64,000 nucleotides of DNA from an uncultured Chloroflexia bacterium (lineage in GTDB: Bacteria > Chloroflexota > Limnocylindria > Limnocylindrales > CSP1-4), in contig CAVRZZ010000003.1 in the NCBI GenBank assembly GCA_963725875.1, forward strand, positions 336,817 to 400,816, given 5' to 3'. Shown piece after piece: positions 1-6,743 of the stretch. Each line of letters starts with the position of its first letter. Position 1 is the first letter of the stretch. The notes under the pieces were generated by a model. The model did no database searches. It had not been told where the DNA came from and saw only the letters and a list, made by a program, of their open reading frames with translations. The position numbers and the translations under genes were made by a program.

Positions 1-1
1 C

Positions 2-322
2 GGATCCCCGCTCGCGATGCCCTCGATCTACCGGCGGGTGGAGGCCACGGCCCCCCGCGGCATGCGGCCCCGCACGCCGTTCCCCAAGCAGCTGCGGCTG
101 TGGGTCAACGCCTGGACCAAGGACGACCCTGCGACCGCCGGGCACCACGACATGGCCGCCCGCTTCCCGGCCCCGGACCCCAATGCGCAGCACGTCCAGG
201 ATCTCGAGACGTGGGGTCGGTCGGCGGCTCCGACCGCCCCGGCCGGGGCCCACGACGCGCTCGACTACCTCAGCTCGCGGGTCGTCGGCACCGCGGTCGA
301 CGCCGCGCTGCGCGTGCTGTGA
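2..322 (+). CDS. 3' end of a CDS entering from upstream of the window; function unknown
   Basis: Open frame runs from the window edge to TGA at 320-322 (ORF 17..322 is in the same frame). No recognisable motifs. Confidence 0.3.
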   Translation, partial: GSPLAMPSIYRRVEATAPRGMRPRTPFPKQLRLWVNAWTKDDPATAGHHDMAARFPAPDPNAQHVQDLETWGRSAAPTAPAGAHDALDYLSSRVVGTAVDAALRVL

Positions 323-655
323 ACGGTAGGATGCGCGGGTGAGGATCATCGTCGACGTCGTGGCGGATCCCGCGGACCGGCCGCCCTGCGGCGCCCGCGT
401 CCGCGTCGAGGCGCGCGACACGACGTACGAGGACGCCCCGGCCGAGACCGTCGCGGCGGCCGACGGAATCGTGCGCGACGACGAGGGCGCCGCGCTCGAG
501 ACCGTGGAGCTGGAGCTGACCGTCGTCCCCGCCGTCTCCACGATCTGGGTCCACGTCGACGTGGACGGCGACGGGCGCGTGAGCCTCGGCGACTACGTGA
601 CGATGGCCTCGTTCCCGGTCCCGGCCCATGGACGGCGGGCGCGTGACCGTCGCGG

Positions 656-1600
656 TCAGGCGGGTCTGACCAGCCAGTCGGCGAGGGCCTGCGTGATCGG
701 CTGGCCGGTCCGCTGCTCGATGAAGAGGAACTCGCCGGCGGTGTTGACCTCGAGGAAGACGTGGTCGCCGGCCGGGGTCCGGCGCAGGTCGATGGCGCCG
801 TACACCAGGCCCAGCCGGTCCATGAGCGCCCGCAGCCGGGCTTCGACGTCGGCCGGGAGGTCGGTCGCGGTCGTGCTCGCCTGGCCGAGGGACATCCGGA
901 AGTCCACCGGGTAGTCGGTCGCCCGGGCGTCGATGGCGGCCGGAAAGATCCGGTCGCCCACGATGGTCACGCGCAGGTCGGCCTCGGCCTCGATGTACTC
1001 CTGGAAGATGACCGGGGCCACCCGGACCGCGTCCAGCATCTCCATCTCGGTCTCGCGCACGAGGCGCGTCTCGCGCCACACCTGGTGAGTGGCGGAGAAG
1101 GTCTTGAAGATCGTGCGTCCGATCTCCCGGGACTCGATGAACGCCCGGGCGGCGATCGGGTCGGACGTGATCAGGGTGCGCGGCACGGTCAACCCGATCT
1201 CCGAGGCGACCCGCAGCTGCCACGCCTTGCGGCCCGCGATCTCGTCGCGGTCCGGCGGGTTGCACCACGGGACGTCCAGCAGCAGCCACAGGCCGTTGAT
1301 CGCCTCGTTCCACTCGTTGGCCGTGAACATCCGCGTATCGAAGTCGCTCACCTCGGAGACGTCGGCCACCTGGGGCCGACGCCACCAGACGGCGTGCACG
1401 TTCCCGAGATCGACCGGCGGCCCGTCCGCCGGTCGATACTCGAGCGCCGGGCGGCGCGGGTCCGCGTAGTCGATCGTCAGCGCCGCCCGGCCGGGGAGCT
1501 CGGACAGGTCCAGCAGCAGGACCTCGTGCCCCCCGGCCCGGAGGACGTCGATGACGTGCGCGGCGTGGGGGTCTCCCGGGTGAGAGACGACCAGGATCAC
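656..1600 (-). CDS. ATP-grasp ribosomal-peptide maturase (MdnC/MvdD-type graspetide macrocyclase)
   Basis: 314 aa. Matches microviridin MdnC along its length: N-terminal 'ILVVSHPGD', 'AVWWRRP', 'LRVTIVGDRIFPAAI', 'YGAIDLRRTPAGDHVFLEVNTAGEFLFIE'. GTG start 12 nt after the upstream astacin stop. Confidence 0.85.
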   Translation of the reverse strand: MILVVSHPGDPHAAHVIDVLRAGGHEVLLLDLSELPGRAALTIDYADPRRPALEYRPADGPPVDLGNVHAVWWRRPQVADVSEVSDFDTRMFTANEWNEAINGLWLLLDVPWCNPPDRDEIAGRKAWQLRVASEIGLTVPRTLITSDPIAARAFIESREIGRTIFKTFSATHQVWRETRLVRETEMEMLDAVRVAPVIFQEYIEAEADLRVTIVGDRIFPAAIDARATDYPVDFRMSLGQASTTATDLPADVEARLRALMDRLGLVYGAIDLRRTPAGDHVFLEVNTAGEFLFIEQRTGQPITQALADWLVRPA

Positions 1601-1612
1601 GCCCGTGGGGGC

Positions 1613-2923
1613 TCAGCCACCGGTGGCTCGATCGTGGGCGTCCAGTGCCTGGCCGAGCGCCCCGGACGTCTCGTCGAACTGCGCCTGGAGCTGCTCGCGC
1701 AGGGCGTCGACCTGGGCGATCTGCTCGGCCAAGGCTCCGAGCTGGGCGTCGAGTGCCGCGGCGGCCGGCTCGAGGTCCGCGACATCGCCGGCGGCCGGCG
1801 CCTGGTGCGGCGCCACGACGGCGAAGGGCAGGCCTCCGCCGAGGCGCCCACCGAGACCCGGCTGCACGACGGGATTGACGACCGGGTTGACGAGCGGGCC
1901 GGGGTTGATCACCTCGACCAGGGTGCCGATCGGGTCGCGGCCCGCCTCCTTGATCGTGTCGAGGGCCAGCTCCTTCCGGGTGTCGGTGATGGCCTCCTTG
2001 CGCGTGTCGAAGGCGATCTCCTTCCGGGTGTCCAGGCGGAGGTCCTTGATCTGCTCCTTGCGCGTGTCGAAGATCTGGTCCTTGGGGATCTCCTTGAAGG
2101 TCGTGACGGGGCACATCGCGTTGGCGGAGGCGATGTCACCCGCGCTCAGGGCGGTGCGCTGGCCGATCGTCGCGGCCGGGTTGAGCGGCGTGATCGTGTC
2201 GCTGCCGTCGGTCGAGAACGCGTTCCGCGGGTAGTGCATGATCGAGCCGTAGTCGTACGGCCCCACGTCGTCGCCGTCCGCGATGTGCTGGTTGAAGTTG
2301 TGCTCGAGGCCGGCCTGGATCTTGTCCCAGTGGATGGTGACGAATGCGTCGCGATCCTCCCGGCTCTGCTCGTGCCAGAACCCGATCGTGTGGCCGATCT
2401 CGTGGATCGTGTTGCCGGTCGTGCAGCCGGCCGCCAGGTTGACGAACTGCTGGCCGCCGCGCCGCCCGACCGACGAAGAGCAGCCGGTCGACGGGCGGAA
2501 CGTGACGAAGTCCGCCTCGCCTGTCCGCGCCACGAACCGGAAGCCGGTGTTCGCCTGCCAGTGGGCGATCGCGTCGGTGACGCGGGCCTGGTTCGGCAGC
2601 GCCGGGTCGACGGTGAAGGGGACGGTGCAGTTGGGCCAGCGGAACTGCGCGCCGCTGATGATCACGCTCTCGGGCAGCGCCCCGCTGACCTGGGCCCGCA
2701 GCGCCTCGCTGGCCCGCTCGACCTCCTCGACCGTGCCCAGGACGATGTCGCCCTCGAACATGGCCAGCCCGTCGACCGCCACGTACTGGACGGCCCGGTG
2801 GTGGAAGGTGTTCCCCGCGATCAGGGCGGTGCGGACGTCGTTGCCCGTACGCTGCTCGCCGGGATCGTCGGAACTGGCGTTGCCGCCACGCTTCGGAGCC
2901 ATGGCCCCCCCTTTCGGCCGCAC
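1613..2923 (-). CDS. Astacin-family (M12A) zinc metalloprotease with C-terminal DTRKE tandem repeats; no signal peptide
   Basis: Zinc motif 'HEIGHTIGFWHEQSREDRD' and Met-turn 'SIMHY'. No N-terminal hydrophobic signal. Residues ~276-326 read 'KDQIFDTRKEQIKDLRLDTRKEIAFDTRKEAITDTRKELALDTIKEAG', followed by a coiled-coil-like tail. Start could instead be the ATG at 2903 (SD-like AAAGGGGGGG just upstream). Confidence 0.8.
   Translation of the reverse strand: MRPKGGAMAPKRGGNASSDDPGEQRTGNDVRTALIAGNTFHHRAVQYVAVDGLAMFEGDIVLGTVEEVERASEALRAQVSGALPESVIISGAQFRWPNCTVPFTVDPALPNQARVTDAIAHWQANTGFRFVARTGEADFVTFRPSTGCSSSVGRRGGQQFVNLAAGCTTGNTIHEIGHTIGFWHEQSREDRDAFVTIHWDKIQAGLEHNFNQHIADGDDVGPYDYGSIMHYPRNAFSTDGSDTITPLNPAATIGQRTALSAGDIASANAMCPVTTFKEIPKDQIFDTRKEQIKDLRLDTRKEIAFDTRKEAITDTRKELALDTIKEAGRDPIGTLVEVINPGPLVNPVVNPVVQPGLGGRLGGGLPFAVVAPHQAPAAGDVADLEPAAAALDAQLGALAEQIAQVDALREQLQAQFDETSGALGQALDAHDRATGG
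1946..2098 (-). repeat. Tandem direct DNA repeats encoding the (F)DTRKE(xI) peptide repeats inside the astacin gene
   Basis: Plus strand shows repeated 'ctccttgcgcgtgtcgaag' and 'ctccttccgggtgtc' units. Coordinates are approximate (+/-3). Confidence 0.7.
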
Positions 2924-2981
2924 GGAGGGGCCCCCTTGGCATGGTCACCCGTGGAACGGACCCCCCACCGCGCCTCTTGCG

Positions 2982-3010
2982 ACGATAGGGCGCGACGCGG
3001 ATCCGGTCAA
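2982..3010 (-). promoter_or_regulatory. Candidate sigma-70-like promoter for the astacin/ATP-grasp operon
   Basis: Minus strand reads TTGACC, 17-nt spacer, TATCGT, about 60 nt upstream of the astacin start. It lies in the 210-nt gap after the cytosine deaminase gene. Confidence 0.3.
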
Positions 3011-3133
3011 CCCGGGACGATGGTCCAGGGGCCTTGGTGGGACCCGCAACGGAGGCGCGGGTGGCGGGCGGGGCCCGGGTGGGACCCGCGTGACCGGACC
3101 GCAGCGCCCGCCCGGCACCACGGCCGGCGCGCC

Positions 3134-3622
3134 TCACTCCTCCCCGATGTCCTCGTTCCAGAGATCGGGGTGCCCGGCGATGAACTCGCGCATCAGCTCG
3201 ACGCACGCGTCGGAGTCGAGGACGGCCACCGCCACGCCGCGCGAGCGCAGGTAGTCCTCCCCTCCGACGAAGCTCCGGCGCTCCCCGATGACGACGCGGG
3301 GGATCCCGTAGAGGAGGATCGCGCCCGTGCACATGTCGCACGGCGAGAGCGTCGTGTACATCGTCGACCGGCGGTACACCGACGCGGGCAGGCGTCCGGC
3401 AACCTCGAGCGCATCGGTCTCGCCGTGGCGGATCGCGCTCCCCTGCTGGACCCGCCGATTCCGACCGGCCCCGAGGACCCGCCCGTCGGCGACGAGCGCC
3501 GCCCCGATCGGGACGCCGCCCTCGTCGCGCCCGATCCGCGCCTGCTCGATCGCGACCTCCAGGAAGGCGCGGTCGACGGCCGCCTGGTCGGCGGGCGGCT
3601 CGCCGGCATGGAGGTCTTTCAT
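3134..3622 (-). CDS. Cytosine deaminase, yeast Fcy1-type (CDA fold, zinc-dependent)
   Basis: 162 aa from the internal ATG at 3622. Near-identical blocks to S. cerevisiae Fcy1: 'GGVPIG', 'GSAIRHGE', 'MYTTLSPCDMCTGAI', 'YGIPR', C-terminal 'WNEDIGEE'. The N-terminal extension of the long ORF 3134..4357 is Arg/Pro-rich junk. Confidence 0.85.
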   Translation of the reverse strand: MKDLHAGEPPADQAAVDRAFLEVAIEQARIGRDEGGVPIGAALVADGRVLGAGRNRRVQQGSAIRHGETDALEVAGRLPASVYRRSTMYTTLSPCDMCTGAILLYGIPRVVIGERRSFVGGEDYLRSRGVAVAVLDSDACVELMREFIAGHPDLWNEDIGEE

Positions 3623-3660
3623 CTCGGGCCGGGCTGCGGCGTTGCCGGCATGACCCCTCC

Positions 3661-3999
3661 TCAGTGCCGGAAGCCCGCCGCGGCGTACGGGTCGACGAGC
3701 GGCTCGCGCTGGCGTTCGAGGCGCGGCAGCTGCCGCTTCAGGTCCGCCAGGAACAGGTCGGCCACGTCGTGGCTGAAGCCGCGCTTCACGACCACCCGCA
3801 GCGCGGCGAGGTCGGTCCGGTTGGCCGGGAACGTGTACGCCGGGACCTGCCAGCCGCGCTCGCGGACGGCGTTCGAGACGTCGAAGGCCGAGAAGTTCCG
3901 CACGTCGTCCCGGAGCGTGAAGGCGAAGACGGGCAGCTCGTCGCCGCGGGTGAGCAGCTCGAAGGCGCGCGCTGGAGCCGGGGACAGGATCGCAGCCAT
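3661..3999 (-). pseudogene. Glutamate decarboxylase C-terminal fragment (about 110 aa remnant)
   Basis: 'RGWQVPAYTFPANRTDLAALRVVVKRGFSHDVADLFLADLKRQL' matches the GadA/GadB C-terminus 'RLRGWQVPAFTL...RIMCRRGF...'. Upstream in the same frame is low-complexity, so only the last ~110 of ~460 aa are present. Confidence 0.55.
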
Positions 4000-4175
4000 C
4001 GAGCGGGGCGGCGACCGGGCCGGGCGGCCGTTCGGGGAGGACGGCCATCCAGGCCCGGTCGCCGCGGGAAGCCCCGCAGGGGGCGTCGACCATGGCGCCG
4101 ACACGATCGGCCGCCATGCCCGTTCTCGCTCCGGGCACCGGGCAGACGGCGTCGGCCTGGCGGTGGCGGGAGTGA

Positions 4176-6147
4176 TCACCTCCAGGCGGTGACCGTCCCG
4201 CTGCTCGCGGATACGCTGCCGCCGGCGTAGAAGTAGACGGTGTAGGTCCCTGGCGGCCGTGAGGTCGTCGCGGCGCTGAAGCTCTTCTTCCTGCCCGAGG
4301 AGGTCGCGAGAGCACCCGACGGCGGGCTCCGACGCACCGGGTTCGCGCCCCCGGCAAACGGGTTGCCGGCGTAGACGGCCAGGGTGCCCTGGACTGTCGT
4401 GGGCGTCGTCCATGTTGCGCTCACGGGTCCGGCGGCGGTGCTCGTGACCGTGTACCAGTACCCGTAGCCAGTGCCGAGACCCGGGACCGACACCTGCGCG
4501 GACGTGGGCCCAGGCGTGGGCGTCGGGGTCGGCGTGGGCGTCGGCGGTCGGCGTCGGGTCGGGTGTCGGGGTCGGCGTCGGGTCGGGTGTCGGGGTCGGC
4601 GTGGGCGTCGGGGTCGGCGTCGGGTCGGGTGTCGGGGTCGGCGTGGGCGTCGGGGTCGGCGTCGGGGTCGGGGTCGGGGTCGGCGTCGGGGTCGGGGTCG
4701 GCGTCGGGGTCGGCGTGGGCGTCGGCGTCGGACCGGGTCCGCCCCCGAGTGCGTTGTGCGCCGCGAGGACATCGAGGCGGCCATGGCCGTAGCTGCTGTC
4801 CGCGCCGGCAGCTCCCAGGTCGCGCGCGGCATCGGTGAGCGCCGCCGACTGGGCGGCCGGGCTCATCTCGGGATGGGCGCTCAGCAGGAGCGCAAGGGCT
4901 CCGGCGACGTGCGGCGCCGCCATGGAGGTTCCCGTCGCCGACTGGTACGTGCCGAAGAGGTCGGCCGTGCGGATCTTCACCCCCGGGGCGACGATCTCCG
5001 GGTATGTGGTGGATGCTTCGCCGCACGCCGACGGGCCGCGGCTCGAGGTTGCGTCAATGACGTCGGTGATCTTCGTGTCGCCCACGGCGAGCGCTTCCGG
5101 GTAGTTCGCCGGGCTGACGCTCGTCGAGGCGCCGGGGCCGTAGTTGCCGGCCGCGAAGACCGGCACGATCCCGGCTGAGAGCAGCGCCTGGAGGTCCGGC
5201 TGGAAGGCCAGGTTGCAGCCCGGCGTGCCGTACGCCCACGAGTTGTTCACCACCTCGGGAGCGTCGGCCGTGGCAGGGTCGCCGTCCGGGTCGAGCACCC
5301 ACTGGAAGGCGGCGTGGATGGCCGTGGCGGTCGCCGTACCACTGTCGTTGAAGATCTTCGCGGCGATCCAGGTAGCCCCCGGCGCCATGCCGATCGACGT
5401 CCCGCCGGCGTCGCCGCCGACGATCACGCCCATGGTGGCCGTCCCGTGGCCGCTCAGGTCGGTCGGCACGCTCGGATGCTGGCCGTAGGGATCGAACCAG
5501 GAATCGGCGCCGCCGCGCCAGCGGCCCGCGAGGTCCGGGTGACCGACGTCCACGCCGGAATCCAGGTTCGCGACGACCACGCCCTGGCCGGTGTACCCGA
5601 GGGCCCACATGGCTGGCGCGTTGACGAGCGCGACGTTGGGCTCGTTGGGCGCCGACGACATCGGGTCCACTGGTGCCGGCGCGCGTGGCGCAACGGCCCC
5701 GGCGGGCACGATGGGGATCTCATCGGGGGTGACGCTGGCCACGTCGGCCCGCGCCGCGATCTCCGCGATCACGTCGGGCGTCGCCGTGACGGACAGCCCG
5801 TTGAAGATCCAGAAGGGCGTCTGCCAGGCGACGCGGCCCTGCGCCGCGCGCAGGCGGAGGATCGCCAGCAGCAGACGCTGCGACGCGAGGGCGTGGTCGC
5901 GGAGTGCCCGGATGACGGCTGCCAGCCGAGTTCTGCGGTCGGCCCCGCCGATCGACTGCAGGTCGGCTCGCGTTCGCATTGTGACGATGACCGTGGACAT
6001 TCCGGCCGGCGTGGACCCGCCGGCCGGAGCGTCGGTGAACGTGGCCGGGCCGCGGACGCCCTGGACCGAGGAGTTCGTGCTCGCGGCCACGGGCACGGCC
6101 GAGACCAGCAGGACGGCCCCCAGGGCCAGGGCGATGATCCGCCGCAT
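4176..6147 (-). CDS. Secreted subtilisin-like (S8) serine protease with PT-repeat linker and C-terminal beta-rich domain; apparent frameshift inside the PT linker
   Basis: Signal peptide 'MRRIIALALGAVLLVSAVPVAAS'. S8 catalytic blocks 'VVVANLDSGVDVGHPDL', 'HGTATMGVI', 'GTSMAAPHVAGALALL'. A long (PT)n tract follows. The C-terminal domain ('GYGYWYTVTSTAAGPVSATW...TYTVYFYAGG') is in a different frame (ORF 4176..4832), so a frame change near ~4520-4560 is needed to join them. Confidence 0.75.
4540..4745 (-). repeat. GC-rich dinucleotide-codon repeat encoding the (Pro-Thr)n linker
   Basis: Plus strand is a (ggcgtcggggtc)n-like repeat. It reads PTPT in one minus frame and RRPRRP or DADP in the others. 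Confidence 0.8.
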
Positions 6148-6160
6148 CGGGAATCTCCTG

Positions 6161-6739
6161 TCAGCTCTGGGCGTCGAGGGGCGCCAGGCGAACGCTGCCG
6201 ATCACGACGGACACCGAGGTGCCGCGCTGGATCGCGCCGCCGGGGTTCGGGTAGAGGATGAAGTAGTTGCCACCGTCGAGGAGCGTGACCTTGTGCCGCA
6301 TCCCCGTCGGCGCGCGGACGACGGCCCCGCTCGACTCGACGAACAGCTCCGGCATGGCCGTCGCGTCGTGGAGGACGTGGGCCGCCTTCTCCTTGTCGGT
6401 GACCGTGAAGCGCAGGTCGATCATGCCCCCGGCCGCGCTGACCGCCACCAGGTTGACCCTGATGCCGTAGTCCTGCTCCATCTTCGCCGCGGACACGACG
6501 CGCGCCGCGGCGACATCGGCATCGGATTCGAGGCCGGTTCCCGCCGACCACGTCAGGCCGGCGGCCACGGCCATCGGCAGGATGAGGACGGCCGCGAGGG
6601 CCGCAATCCAGGTCCGTCGCCGCATGCCGCGTGGTGGGGTGGCCCCGGCCGGCTCGGGCGGAGCCGGCACGGGACCCTGGGCTTCCGGGACCGCAGCCGC
6701 GAGGCTGCGGTCCCGCTCGGAACGCTCGATGCTCGTCAT
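6161..6739 (-). CDS. Hypothetical membrane-anchored protein
   Basis: Single TM stretch 'WIAALAAVLILPMAVAAGL'. Sits between the Ig-repeat protein (4-nt gap) and the S8 protease (13-nt gap). The start may be the internal ATG near 6625. Confidence 0.45.
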   Translation of the reverse strand: MTSIERSERDRSLAAAVPEAQGPVPAPPEPAGATPPRGMRRRTWIAALAAVLILPMAVAAGLTWSAGTGLESDADVAAARVVSAAKMEQDYGIRVNLVAVSAAGGMIDLRFTVTDKEKAAHVLHDATAMPELFVESSGAVVRAPTGMRHKVTLLDGGNYFILYPNPGGAIQRGTSVSVVIGSVRLAPLDAQS

Positions 6740-6743
6740 GGCA

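Noticed and set aside
2-7. BamHI site (GGATCC) at the very start of the window, and an EcoRI site at ~15470
   Set aside because: These could hint at cloning-vector boundaries. GGATCC also occurs internally at ~2999, ~12126 and ~28881, and there is no vector-like sequence. They were treated as chance occurrences, although the EcoRI site coincides with one putative frameshift.
339-914. GTG-initiated 191-aa ORF with an EF-hand-like loop (DVDGDGRVSLGD)
   Set aside because: It has no stop until 914, so it would overlap the strongly supported convergent ATP-grasp gene by ~260 nt. The EF-hand pattern is a single short match. It is most likely not a gene, though the first ~100 codons cannot be fully excluded.
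761-4192. 1143-aa plus-strand ORF, and similar giant ORFs at 15532..19458, 19841..23134, 26295..29351 and 43219..46440
   Set aside because: They are Arg/Gly/Pro/Asp-rich low-complexity translations lying antisense to well-supported minus-strand genes. These are the GC-skewed shadow ORFs typical of ~72% GC DNA. None has any domain signature.
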